Made by a program: the position numbers and the translations under genes. Shown here one piece after another: positions 42,501 through 54,400 of a stretch of 60,779 bases of DNA (the first letter of the stretch is position 1; each line of letters opens with the position of its first letter). The notes below the pieces were generated by a model, which was given only the letters and a program-made list of their open reading frames with translations, did no database searches and was not told the DNA's origin. The stretch is from Phycisphaerae bacterium (GTDB taxonomy: Bacteria; Planctomycetota; Phycisphaerae; SM23-33; FEN-1343). The stretch covers positions 1 to 60,779 of the forward strand of contig JAWLCG010000001.1 of the NCBI GenBank assembly GCA_041687295.1, read 5' to 3'.

Positions 42501-45500
42501 CGGAAGCGGTACCACCGCTCGGGCGTGTCGGGCGTAAGGGTGTAATCGCTTGTCTGGCCGGGCACGTCGCGGAAGAGCTCGGGCCCGCCGGTCTCCGGAT
42601 CGACGATCGCGCTGAACAGGCCCGTGAACGACCGGTTGCTCAGCACGCCGTCGGGCAGGCCCGTGAAGGTCTGCAGACGGCGCGGGGTGCCGGGCACGGC
42701 CACCATTCGGCCGGCGTTGGCGACGGGAGCGTAGCGGACGACATCGAGATTGGGCACACCGATCAGCAGGTCGGCGTAGCGGTCGGCGTTGAAGTCGAGG
42801 TCCTGGCCGAAGGGCAAGTAGCCCAGCTGGCCGTCGGTGTCGGTGCCGGCCAGGCCCATCACGTCGATGTAGCCGTCGCCGTCGAGATCGGTTGGCGTCA
42901 TCGACAGCAGGATGTCGCCGCCGAGGCCGGCGGGGTTCCACACGACGTGGACGGCCCCGCGGTCGTGGCGTTCGCGGACCCAGCTGCCCTCGACGACCTC
43001 CCAGAGCGGCTGGCCGACGGCCAGGTCGACGCGCCCGTCGCCGTCGAAGTCGCCGCTGTGCAGCGAGAACTCGCCGCGCACCGTCAGTTCGCCCAGCGCG
43101 GCCGAGGGGGTCCGGCGGAGCGTAATGTCCGCCTCGCCGGCCGTGCGGGGCCGGGACACGAAGTTCGGGCTCTCCGGCAGCAGCGACTCGGAGCCGTAGT
43201 AGACGAACACGGCCCCGTCGGCGCCCTGGTAGCCCTCGCGGGCGGCGGTGACGACGATGTCGTCGCGCCCGTCGAGATCCAGGTCGCCGGCGGCGTAGGC
43301 GTAGCCCAGGCCGAAGCCCTGCACGATCGCCTTGGCCGGGTCGTTGCTGTCCAGCCCGCCCACGTCGATCACGCGGGCCGAGGAGCTGCCCATCGCCCCG
43401 CCGCGGACGGCGAAGACCCGCCCGATCGCACCCAGGCCCGTGCCGGTGTACGAGACGCTCCAGGCGTCGGGCATGCCGAAGACCAGGTCGGGCACGCCGT
43501 TGCCGTCCGGATCGGTGACGGCCAGGTTCATCGTGTCGCCCAGCGGCGTCAGCGTGAAGGCGTCGCCCACCTGCCCGAAGAGGTCCAGCTCGATCTGGTC
43601 GGCCACGGTCTGGCTGGTCAGGTCGAAGGCCTTGCTGAGCTTGACGTCGTCGACGTACCAGCCCTCGTACGCGTTGTAGGCGTCGTCGCCGCTGTGGAAG
43701 CCGAACCGCAGTTCCACGTTGGCCCCGGCGGCGAAGGTGCCCGGCAGCGTCACCACCAGCGATTGCCAGCCGCCCGAGGGGTCCAGCAGGCTGCCGTTGT
43801 TGGTCGCCAACTCGACCCAGGCCCCGCCGTTGACGCGGTACTCGATGCCGGCGACGTCGTAGTCGGCGGTGCCCAGGTCGCCCCGCTCGGTCTCCAGCAG
43901 GTAACGCAGCGACAGCTGCGGGTCGAGGTAGGTCTCGCCCAGGCGGATCGTCGGGGAGGTGATCCAGCCACCGGTGACGCCGGCGTTGTAGTCGCCGCCG
44001 CCGTAGGCCGACTCGTTGCGCCCGAAGTACCAGCTGCCGTTGCCGGCGCGGTCGGGGTCCTCACTGCGCCCCGTCGACCAGTGCCACAAGCTGCCGCCCG
44101 ACGCCGACGCGTCGGGCGTATGGACGAAGCCGTCGCCGCCGGTCTCGAAGTCGGCCCAGAAGGCCACCCCCGTGCCGGCGAACGCGCTGGCCCGGCCAGG
44201 GACGATGAACACCGCGTCGTTGACGCCCACGTCGCCGATGGCCAGGTCGTCGATGCCGTCGCCGGTGACGTCGCCGGGCATGGTCAACGAGGCCGGCCGA
44301 TCGAACCCGTTGATGATCGCGTCGGCCTGGCCCAGCAGGCTCACGCGCCCGTCGGCACCGGCCAGGGCGTCCCACGCCCCGTCCGGCCGGCCGTAGAGGA
44401 TGTACAGGCCCCGCTCGCCGTACGCCGGGCGGCCCGAAAGCGTGCCGTCGTCGCCGACGAGGATCGCCAGGTCGTCGATGCCGTCGCCGTTGTAGTCGCC
44501 GCCGGCGATGTGACTCTGCACGCCGTAGGAACTGCTCAGCACCGGCGCCGGCAGGGCCAGCACGATGCTGTTGGCGGCGTCGGAGGTGATGGCGCCGGTC
44601 GTGCCGCCCAGGACGATCGTCGCGTAACTCGAGCCGACCAGGCTGTGCGGGTGCTGGGTCACGCCGGCGCGGAGGTACTCGTCGTAGCCGGCCGTCACGT
44701 CCCAGACGTTGGCCAGGAAGTCGCCGTGCCCGTCGCCGTTGATGTCGCCGACGGGCCGCATGGCCGCCTTGGCGGCCGGCAGGCTGGCCGAGATCGTCAC
44801 GTCGGCGCGGTTGGCGCCGATGTCGATCCGCTGGCCGACCGCGTCGCTGAAGCGGACGTGGTAGGTGCCCATCGGCTCGGGCGGGCCGAGGTTGTCCTGG
44901 CCCGTCTCGAAGCCCAGCAGCGACATGCCGGTGCCCGGGGCGAAGTCGACGCGCAACTCGCCGGTGTTGCGCAGGCTCAGGACGACCCGGCCCTGGTGGG
45001 CGTAGGCGAACAGCCGGCTGCTGATCTTCGGCGAGTAGGGGTTGCCCGGCACCAGGCGGCGCAGGGCGAACTGCGCGTTGAGGTCGTCGACGTAGTCGCT
45101 CACCGTCGAGCTGGTCGAGCTGAAGCTGACGGTTTCGGTCGCCACGCCGTCGACGCTGAGCGTGAAGCTCACCTGGGCGGGGTTGACGGCCGAGACGCCC
45201 TCCAGCGCGGGCATCGACTCGGCCCAGACGGCGAAGCTCATCGGGTTGACCACGTGGAGCATGTAGAAGTCGGGCGAGCCGCTGAACTGCTCGACGGGCT
45301 GGTACGTGACCTGGTCGCCGTTGCGCTGGACGCTGACGGCGTAGAGGTAGTAGCGCCGCCCCTCGAGGCGGGCGTCGTTGAACAGGTCGGTCAGGCCGGT
45401 GTCGACCTGGCCCTGCTCGTCGTAGAAGGTGATGCCCTCGATCATGCCGGCCGTCAGCTCGCCGCCGGTCAGCTCGCCGAAGCCCTGCGGGGCCTGCGGG

Positions 45501-46865
45501 GCAGGCAGCAGGTACCAGTCGCCGCGGTCGCCGAGGTGGAAGCTCAGGTCCGAGAGGATCTGGCTGGGCCGGATGCGCTCCAGCAGGGCCGCCAGGGTCA
45601 CCGCGTCGTTGGTCCCCTCGATGCCGTCGCGCGTGACGAACTCATGGCCATCGGCGGCCACGCCGTCGCGACCGAGGACGATGTCGCTGCCGTCGCCGCC
45701 GGTCAGCACGTCGTCCCCCAGGCCGCCGGCGATGAAGTCCACGCCGCTGCCGCCGTCGATGTGGTCGTGCCAGTCGCCGCCGAAGAGCCGATCGTTGCCG
45801 TCGCCGCCGTAGATCTCCAGCCGGGCCAGCGTCGCACCCATCTGGTAGTCGCCGACCTTGATGCCCCACTCGCTCTGGACGCGCCCGCTGCCGTCGACCA
45901 GGGGGAACACGTACTCGGCGTCGCCGCGGACGTCGTCGTCGCCGGCGCGGGTGTCGATCACCGTCCGCTCGACGCCGCGGGCCTGGTAGAAGGCGTAACG
46001 CTGCACGAACTCGTTGCCGTCGGTGACCCACCGCTGGTTGGCGGTGTCCCACACCAGCGAGGTGAACTCGTAGCGGTGCAGGATGCCGTTGTAGCGGATG
46101 GCGACGTGGTCGGGCACGGCCCGGCCCAGACGATCGTAGTCTCCGCCGAGGTAGAGCACGCGGTCGATGCCCTCGCCGCCCTCGATGATGTCGCTGTAGG
46201 TGGGCAGGAAGGTCTCGTCGCTGCCGGTCAGCCGGGGCAGGTCGTCCGGGACGATCTGGAAGGTGTCGTCGCCGGCCTCGCCGAGCAGCAGGTCGCTCGC
46301 CTGGCGGTCCATGCCGCCGCTGAGCACGTCGTTGCCCGCCCCGCCGAAGATCCAGTCCTCGCCCAGCCCGCCGGTCAGCACGTCGTGGCCGTCGCCGCCG
46401 AGGATCACGTCGCGGCGGATCGCGTCGGCCCGCAGGGCCATGTCCATGACGGCCGGGGGCGACCCGTCGCCCTGGTCCAGCGTCAGCGCGTAGGTCGTCG
46501 GCAGCTGCTGGCCGTGGACCTGCACGAGGTAGGTCTGCCCGGCCTGCAGGCCCAGGCCCGCCAGCAGCATGCCCACCGTCGCGCCGGTGCCGGCGACGCT
46601 GCGGATCTCCGTGCCGTCGGCACCGTAGAGCGACAGCGTCAGTCGATCGTCGCCCGAGGCGCCCTGCACGCGCAGCTCGCCGGCGGTGATGTCGGCGAAA
46701 GTGCGGAAACTGTACCAGTCCACGTCGGTCGGGCTGTCGAGCGACAGGCCCGTCCAGCGCGTGCTGCCGGCCAGGGCGGTCGGCTCGGCGCTCTGCCCGG
46801 CCAGCAGGCCGAGCTTCTGGATCGCGGCGAGGTTGGCGTCGGTCACGCGCAAGGCCACCGCACCG
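39368..46865 (-). CDS. giant-gene segment 4 (coding ~46865 to ~39565): PPC-like, RTX, FG-GAP/VCBS-like, ELWxxDG-like and beta-propeller repeats
   Basis: ...DVDWYSFRTF... (PPC-like). GDINGDGHGDF, GDYNGDGIDDLAI, GDVTGDGIDDLAIG, GDFDGDGRVDLAVG (FG-GAP/VCBS-like). GLWMTNGTIGGT, ELWVFDG, VLWVTDGSATS. GWYVDDVKLS / GWVIDDIRID. The 5' 75 codons of ORF 39368..47095 are shadow. Confidence 0.65.
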
Positions 46866-49305
46866 GCCGCCGGCCCCGCCGTGGAGCGTGTCGTTGCCCT
46901 GGCCGCCGTCGATGGTGTCGTGGCCGAAGCCGCCGCGGATCGTGTCATCCCCCTCGTCGCCGTAGAGCACATCGTCGCCCATGCCGCCGGTGATGATGTC
47001 GTTGCCCGAGCCGCCGCGGACCTCGCCGCCGCCGTTGCCGAGGGTGATGACGTCATCGCCCGCGCCGCCCTCGATGTACACCGGCTGGAGCACACTGCCG
47101 TCGACAGTGATCGTGTCGTTGCCCTCGTCGCCGTAGATGACGATGCGGCCGACGCCGTCGTAGCGCTGCTGCATGCCGAAGGCCGACACGATCACCTGCT
47201 CGGAGTTGTGCCCGCGGCTGACGAGGATCGTGTCGTCGCCGTCGGACAGGTCGCCGTGGAGCCGCTCGGCGGAGCGCCGGCCGAAGTTGAGCGTCAGCAC
47301 GCCCGTGTTGGCGTCGAGGCTGGCCAGGACGGGCGTGGTGTCGGGCTGGGGCTGGGCGGCCGGTCGGGGCAGCTGGAAGTCCACCAGCGTGATCCGCCCG
47401 AAGTCCCACTCCTTCTCGATGGTGACCGGCCCGCCGCCGATGGAGACGTAGGCGTGCAGCCCGGCCTCGATCTTGCCGGTGATGTCGAACACGTGCAGGC
47501 CGGCTGCGCCGAGCAGGAAGTTGTCGACGATCTCCGGCAGGCGGACCTTGCCGTCGTTGTCGGGATCGTTGAGGTTCATGTCGACGGTGAGGTAGAGCCC
47601 GCCGCCGACGCCGCCGTGGGCGACCGGCGTATTGACCTCGCCTGAGGCCTTGAGCCCGCCGCTGACCCACAGCTCGCGGACATCCTCACCGGTGCCGTCG
47701 GCATTGGCGCGATCGGAGATATAGAAGCCGTTGAAGGTGTCCGTCCAGTCGCCCGACTCGTGGAAGTCGAAGAAGCCCTGGGTGTCGTAGCCGAAGGCGA
47801 AGTCGGCGCCGATCTCGACCTCGCCGCCGATCCGCACGCCCAGCGGCCCGTAGATGCGGATGAACTGGCTGTACTCGAAGGCGATGCCCAGTGCGGGCAT
47901 GTCGTAGGTGACCAGCGGGATGTCGGTCTTGCCCAGCAGCAGGCCATCGAGCACGTCCTCGCGGAGGTCGCGGATGAAGGTGGCCGCATCGGCCAGGCGG
48001 TCGCCGATCAGCGGCAGCTTCACGCCGAGCACCTGCCCGCGCAGGGCGTCCTCGAGCAGCTGGAGCATCGAGCCCCAGCCGCCGACCAGGGCGTCCAGCG
48101 AGCTGGTCAGGTCCAGCGCGTCGACCATGGCGCCGAAGTCGGGGCACGAGTTGACCACCAGCGAGGCCGGGTCGGCCAGGTCGAACGACAGCGACAGCGG
48201 GCCGATGTCGTTGGTGCGGGTCGGGGCGTAGACGGGCAGGTTCACATCGGCCTTGCCGGTGATGGTCGAGGCCAGCATCGAGTTCAGCGTGCCGGCGTCG
48301 ACGGCGTTGAGCAGGTCGCTGAAGTAGACCCGCCCGTCGCCGTCGGGGTCGGTGAGGCGCAGGTTGAACGAAGCGGGCGCCGTGCCCGGCCCGGCCCCGT
48401 CGGCGTCGAGGACGAGCTGGCCATTGTTGGTCGCGCCGTCGCCGATGAACAGCCCCATCGCGCCGAGGGACGCCTGGAAGGCGATGTCGCTGCCGACGAC
48501 CTTGAGGGTGGCGGCGATCAGGCTCTCGGCGGCGCCGGCGTAGAGGAAGGCCCGCACATCGGGCACGCCCAGGCCGGTCAGCGTGGGCAGGTTGCCCAGG
48601 TCCAGGCCGAGGCTCAGGCCCAGCTGGAGGTTGGCCTGGGCAGTCAGCAGGCCGTTGGACTGCACGCCGGCGTCGATGAGGTTTGCCAGGCCGGCAATGG
48701 GGCTCAGGCCGGCTGGCAGGTTTCCGTTGAGCCCACTCAGGTCGAGGTTCAGCGGCAGATCGACGCTCGAGCCCAGCTCGTACTGCAGATCGAACCGCAG
48801 AGCCGGCGAGGGGCCGCTACCGTCGATGCTGAAGCTCAGCGGCACGCCCAGGGCCTCTTCCAGGGCGGCCTCCAGCTCGGCCAGGGCCAGGTCGGGCCGG
48901 CCCTGGAAGCGGTCGATCGTCGCGCGGAACTCGTCGACGAAGTCGAGGATCTCCACGACGCTCTTACCCAGCACCGGGATGTCCTGCTGCAGGAAGCCAA
49001 AGCCCTGCAGGCCCGCGAGCATCTCGACCGTGCGGTCCAGCAGGGCCAGCACGTGGCCGATCTCCAGCGAGGCCAGGTCTGCCAGCTTGTCGAAGTTCGT
49101 CAGGGTGACGTCGAACGTGTCGGTGGTGACCTGGAAGCTCGAGTCGAACATCGCCGGCCAGGCGATGTCAATGGCCGGCGTGGCCCCGACCAGGCCCGAG
49201 AGGCTCAGCGTGTCGAGCGAGAGGTCCACCGGCAGGTGCAGGTTGGCCGAGGCGTCGGCGATGGTGAGGTTGACCATCGAGCCGATGTTGCGGAGGTTGG
49301 CCGGC
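45642..49305 (-). CDS. giant-gene segment 3 (coding ~49305 to ~46865): helical/beta region ending in RTX-type Ca-binding repeats
   Basis: ...ANLRNIGSMVNLTIADASANLHLPVDLS... to ...GGAGDDVITLGNGGGEVRGGSGNDIITGGMGDDVLYGDEGDDTIRGGFGHDTIDGGQGNDTLHGG. The first in-frame ATG is 49277. Beyond ~46865 the ORF is Arg/Pro shadow. Confidence 0.6.
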
Positions 49306-50158
49306 GCAGGTCGAGCCCGACGGCGACCTCCAGCACAGCCGAGGCGTTGACGCCCAGGGCCACCTCGCCGCCCAGCCCAAAGCCGCGCTCGCTCAGCTCG
49401 GCCGGCAGGGCCAGGTTGAGCGTATGGGCGACCGCCCTGTCGTAGCGGAAGCGCAGCTCCAGCCGGCCGTCCTCGTTGACGACGGTGACGCCGGAGACCC
49501 TCGCCGCCGCCGAGCCGTTGAGATACGCGGCCAAGCCCCCCAGCGTCGGAATGGCCGTCGCGGCCAGGTAGGCCTGCACGGGGGCGAAGACCTCGTCGCG
49601 GATCGCGTCGCCCAACCCCAGCAGCGCGCCCAGCGTGGGCGATTGGCCGTCGGGGTCGAGCTGGCTGACCAGCAGGGCCAGCTGCTCGCCGGCGGCGCCG
49701 TAGGAGGCCAGGGCCTCGCCGAAGCCGGCCAGGCCGTCGACCAGGCCCAGCAGCGTAGCGGCGGCCTCGGCCGTCAGGGGCGAGTCGGGCGCGCCGAAGC
49801 TCACGTACAGCTGCCCCGCGAGGTCGGGGTTGGCGTCCAGCACGGCCGAGCCGCTGCCCAGGGCGGCGTTGATCGCGCTGACGACGCCCGCGTCGGCCGA
49901 ACGGATCGACTGCAGCCGAAGCCCCCGCGCCGTCGCCTGCGCCCGCAGCGCCGACACCAGCGCCACCGCCTCGCTCGAGCCGGGCACAGCCAGCACCGCC
50001 TCCATGCCGGTGGTCAGCTGTCGGCCCACGCTGTGGGCGGGCGCCTGCGTCCACCCCGCCGCGGGGCTAAGGGCCGAGACCGTCACGCCCGTCGGCAGCG
50101 TGACGGCGGACAGAATCTCGCTCAGCCAACTCGTGGCGAACCGCGCGTCGCCCGTCAC
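49205..50158 (-). CDS. giant-gene segment 2 (same frame as segment 1; coding signal 50200 to ~49300)
   Basis: Reading continues straight after the TAG (LNSPNAPAWRSVEGVTGDARFATSWLSEIL...AVLEVAVGLDL). The last ~30 codons of the ORF are Ser/Thr/Arg junk beyond the frameshift. Confidence 0.55.
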   Translation of the reverse strand: MTGDARFATSWLSEILSAVTLPTGVTVSALSPAAGWTQAPAHSVGRQLTTGMEAVLAVPGSSEAVALVSALRAQATARGLRLQSIRSADAGVVSAINAALGSGSAVLDANPDLAGQLYVSFGAPDSPLTAEAAATLLGLVDGLAGFGEALASYGAAGEQLALLVSQLDPDGQSPTLGALLGLGDAIRDEVFAPVQAYLAATAIPTLGGLAAYLNGSAAARVSGVTVVNEDGRLELRFRYDRAVAHTLNLALPAELSERGFGLGGEVALGVNASAVLEVAVGLDLRRPTSATSARWSTSPSPTPRPTCTCRWTSRSTR

Positions 50159-50200
50159 GCCCTCGACCGACCGCCAGGCCGGGGCGTTGGGACTATTGAG

Positions 50201-51040
50201 CTAGGCCACCGTCATCGCGTCGAGTTGCCCGCTGGCATCGGCAGGGGCCAGGGCGCCGTCGGGGTCGATGGCCGACTGGAACCGCCGCAGGGCGTCCTGC
50301 GTGGCCGCGTCCAGCGTGCCGCTGAGCGCCAGCGGGTTGCCCGCCCGGTCGGTGAAGCCCAGCAGGTTCAGCCGCTGCTGGGTCCGCAGGAGGGCCGTCG
50401 TCTCGCCGACGGTGATGGCGTGGGCGTCGGTCGCGCCGGCGCCGACGGTCAGCACGACGGTCTCGATCTGGCTGGCGTCACTGGTGGCGACGGTCAGCTC
50501 GATCTGTCCCTGGAAGCCCGGCGTGGCCGGGTCGGCGTCATCGGCCAGCGTCGAGCTGGTGGAGGCCGCGAAGGCCAGGATGCCGTCGCTGCCCAGGCCG
50601 CTGAGGCCCAGGCGGGTCGGCTCGATGAGTCGGCCCAGCACGTCGGGGCCGTGCTTGAGCAGCGTATCGCCGCCCGAGCCGAGGCTCGCCAGCGTCAGCG
50701 CCCAACCGCCGCCGCGGACCAGGGCGCTCTGGATCTGGTAGTCGCCCCAGCCCAGCCGGGCGTCCAGGTCGATCACGAACACGTCGCCCGAGCCGCCGCT
50801 GTAGGCCAGCTCGCCCTGTGGACCGGCCATCAGCACCGGCTCGGGCGGGCCCAGTGGGTAGAGCAGCTCGTCGGTGGGTCGGTCGCCGCTGAGCATCAGC
50901 CGTTCTTCGAGCTTCTCCAACCTCGCTTCGCGCAGCAGGTAGCCCGGGCTCTGCCCAGCCGCCAGACGGAAGCGCTCCTGCTGCAGGACCAGACGGTGGA
51001 GATGGCGCAGCCGACCGAGAGCGTGCGACGCTAGAGACAC
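50201..51040 (-). CDS. giant-gene segment 1: N-terminal export motif + peptidoglycan-binding-like module (ends at TAG 50201-50203)
   Basis: GTG 51040 (or ATG 51094). ...RLRHLHRLVLQQERFRL...LEKLEERLMLSG. C-terminal LLRTQQRLNLLGFTDRAGNPLALSGTLDAATQDALRRFQSAI resembles PG_binding_1. Confidence 0.65.
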   Translation of the reverse strand: MSLASHALGRLRHLHRLVLQQERFRLAAGQSPGYLLREARLEKLEERLMLSGDRPTDELLYPLGPPEPVLMAGPQGELAYSGGSGDVFVIDLDARLGWGDYQIQSALVRGGGWALTLASLGSGGDTLLKHGPDVLGRLIEPTRLGLSGLGSDGILAFAASTSSTLADDADPATPGFQGQIELTVATSDASQIETVVLTVGAGATDAHAITVGETTALLRTQQRLNLLGFTDRAGNPLALSGTLDAATQDALRRFQSAIDPDGALAPADASGQLDAMTVA

Positions 51041-51489
51041 GGAACACCTGCCTTTCAACAAACAGCCCCCCAATGGCAAGCGGGGCCCTGGCAATCGATG
51101 CGAGCAGCGGATGGGCGTCTTCGAAGAGGATGCCGAGCCGGCGCGGAACCGCCCTACTGCCGATTCCCTGCCTCATGGACAGGACCGTGCCGACCGCGCC
51201 GTCGTTTCCCTCCAGGCAACTGATTTCCTTCGGCGCAGGTATACCACAAGTCCCCAGGGCGTCAAGAGGTTGAGGATCGTGCCGTAAACCCCTGACATTT
51301 GCCCAGTTTGCCTGAATTGCCCCGCTGCCCCACCCCAGGTGCTTCTGGCCAGAACCGATAGTCGAGGCATACCCGCAGCCGACCCGCCTGGGTGGCCCGC
51401 GGATCCGGTAGGTCGTTGAATGGAAGGCTTTCTGAGGGTATCGTGGAGGATAGGCGTACAGCGTTTCCTGACCGGATGCCGGAGAGCCA

Positions 51490-54400
51490 GTGATGCACAG
51501 CGACGGCGAACTGACGCAGGAGCCCGAAGGGCCGACCCGCGACGGGCCACGCCCGATCGGTAACGGCGACAGGGCGGAGCTGTGCCTGCCGACGATTCTG
51601 CGCGCGGTCCAGCAAGCCACCGGGCAGGACTTCGGGCCCTACAGGAGCAGCACACTGCTGCGCCGCATCGACCGGCGGATGGGGCTGCTGGGCCTGTCCG
51701 ACCCGGCCGACTACGCCCGCCTCGTCGAGACCGACGTCCAGGAGGCGGCTCGGCTCCGCCAGGACATGCTCATCAACGTCACCGAATTCTTCCGCCAGGC
51801 CGAGGCCTGGGACGCCCTGGCCGAGCAGGTCGTGCCTGAGCTGATCGCCCGGACCGAGCCAGGCGGCGCCCTCCGCGCCTGGGTGCCCGCCTGCGCGACC
51901 GGACAGGAGGCCTACAGCCTGGCCATGCTGCTGGTCGAGCAGGTCCAGGCCAGCGGCCGACGGATCGAGGTGCAGCTGTTCGCCACCGACACCGACGAGC
52001 AGGCCCTGCGGGTGGCCCGGTCGGGGCACTACCCGGCCAGCATCGCGGCGGAGGTCTCGCCGGAGCGGCTGGAGCGATTCTTCGTGGCGACCGGGTCGGG
52101 CTACGAGGTCGTCAAGAGCCTCCGCGAGCAGGTGGTTTTCGCCCAGCAGGACCTGCTGTGCGACCCGCCGTTCGCGAGGCTGGACCTGGTGAGCTGCCGC
52201 AACCTGCTGATCTACCTCGAGCCGGCCATCCAGCGCAAGACGCTGGGGCTGTTTCACTTCGCCCTGAACGACGGGGGCTACCTGCTGCTGGGCTCGGCCG
52301 AGTCGATCAGCGGCGCCGAGCCCCTGTTCGTGCCGGTGGTCCCGAAGTGGCGGATCTACCGCCGCACCGGCACGGGCCGGCAACCGGACCTGCAGATCCC
52401 CCTGCGCCAGGCGCCCCGGGCGCCCCTGCCGCCGCCCGTCGGGGCCGTGCCCTGCACCCCGGTGACGCTGGCCGCCCAGCGGGCGATGCTGGACGCCTAC
52501 GCGCCGCCCTCGGCCGTGGTGGACCGCAGCGGACGGCTGCTCTACTGTCACGGGCCCATCGGCGAGTTCCTCGAGGTGCTGCCCGGCGAGCAGACCGGCC
52601 AGATCGTCGACATGGCCCGCGAGGCGCTGCGCCCCGGCCTGCGGGCCGCCCTGGCCCGGGCCGTCCAGGAGGGTCGCCCTCTCTCGATCCGCGCGGCCGG
52701 CCGGCCTGGCCGACGGGCCCGCACCGTCCGCGTCACCGTTCAGCCCGTCGACGCGGACCGCCAGGCCAGCGGGCTGCTGCTGGTCAGCTTCGAGACGATC
52801 AAGCCCCCTCGGCGCAAGGCCGGCCAGGCGCCCCACGCCCTGCCCCCCGAGATCGAAGACGAACTCCGCCTGACCCGCGAGGAGCTCCAGGCGACCGTCC
52901 ACCAGCTCTCGCTGTCCAACGAGCAACTCAAGGCCTCCGACGAGGAGTCGATGGCCGTCAACGAGGAGCTCCAGGCCGCCAACGAGGAGCTCGAGAGCGG
53001 CAAGGAGGAGCTTCAGTCGCTTAACGAAGAGCTCAACGCCGTCAACCTCCAGCTCCAGCAGAAGGTCGAAGAGCTCGAGGCCGTCAACAACGACGTGCTG
53101 AACCTGCTGAGCAGTTCCAGCGTCGCCACGATCTTCCTCGACCGCGAGCTGCGGATCTGCCGCTTCACGCCGCAGGCCACCGACCTGCTGAGCCTGATCG
53201 AGGCCGACCTGGGCCGACCCTTCGCCGACATCCGTCGGCACTTTGTCGACGAGACGCTGCTGGACGACGCCCGGCGCGTCCTGGCCGAGCTGGTGAGCCT
53301 CCACCACGAGGTCCAGACCGCCGACGGCCGATGGTACGCCCGCCGCATCACCCCCTACCGCACGCAGGATGGGCGCATCGAGGGCATCGTGCTGACCTTC
53401 AGCGAGGTCACGCTGCTCAAGCGCAACGAGCACGCCCTACGAGACAGTGAGCAGCGATACCGCTTGGTCGCCGACTTCACCGGCGACTGGGAGTTCTGGC
53501 GCGCCCCCGACGGTAGGTTCCGCTACGTCTCGCCCGCCGTCGCCCAGGTTACCGGCTATGACGCCCAGCAGTTCCTGGCCGACCCCGAGCTGGCGATGCG
53601 GATCCTCCATCCCGACGACCGCGAGGCCTACCTGACGCACCTGCACGAGGTGGACGAGACCGGCGGCACCGGCCACCTGGACTTCCGCATCATCACGGCC
53701 GACGGGACGACCCGGTGGATCGGCCACAAGTGCCAGGCCGTCACCGACGCCGATGGCCACTACCTCGGCCAGCGGGGCAGCAACCGCGACATCACCGACC
53801 GCAAACTCGCCGAGCAGGCCCTGCGCGAAAGCGAGCAGCGCTACCGCACGCTGTTTACCAACATGGACGAGGGCTTCGCCCTGGGCGAGGCCATCGTCGA
53901 CGGCCAGGGCCGGGGCGTGGACTTCCGCTTCCTGGAGGTCAATGATGCCTTCCACCGCCAGACGGGCCTGGGCCCCGACGCCATCGGGCGACCCATCACC
54001 GAGGCGCTGCCGCAGGTCGAGCCCTACTGGATCGAGACCTACTGCCGCGTCGCCCTGACCGGCGAGCCGGCCGAGTTCACCAACTACAACCGCGACACGG
54101 GGCGGCACTACCACGTGCACTGCTACCGCCCCGCCCCGGAACGCTTCGCGATCCTCTTCCGCGACGTCACCCGGGAGCATCTCGACCAGGAGGCCATCGC
54201 GCGCCAGAACGCCCTGTTGCAGGGCGTCAACGAGGTGCTCGAGCAGGCCCTGCACGCCGAGAGCGAGCAGGCTTTCGGCCAGGCGTGCCTGCGGGTGGCG
54301 ACGGCCATCACCGGCAGCGAGATCGGCTTCATCGCTGAGACCACCGACGAGGGGTTCATGCGCGACCTGGCCATCAGCGACACCGGCTGGGCCGCCTGCG

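Larger units (their letters stand above)
37987..51040 (-). pseudogene. giant (~4350 aa if repaired) exported adhesin-like protein gene, disrupted by 3 frameshifts and 1 in-frame TAG
   Basis: Five minus-strand ORFs whose protein-like parts abut end to end (see segment entries). Modules in order: N-terminal LEKLEERLMLSG export-type motif, PG-binding-like module, RTX GGxGxD repeats, PPC-like domain, FG-GAP/VCBS-like and ELWxxDG-like repeats, PKD-like and dockerin-like C-terminus. Confidence 0.55.

Noticed and set aside
39488-46993. 2501-aa plus-strand ORF, the longest in the track. Similar long ORFs include 33100..35160 (+), 51262..53433 (-), 53437..55932 (-), 8575..9672 (-), 47760..49445 (+), 32321..34120 (-) and 25242..26768 (-).
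   Set aside because: All are antisense to genes with clear family signatures. They have Ala/Gly/Arg/Val/Pro-dominated low-complexity translations with no recognisable motifs. They stay open only because stop codons are rare in antisense frames of high-GC coding DNA.
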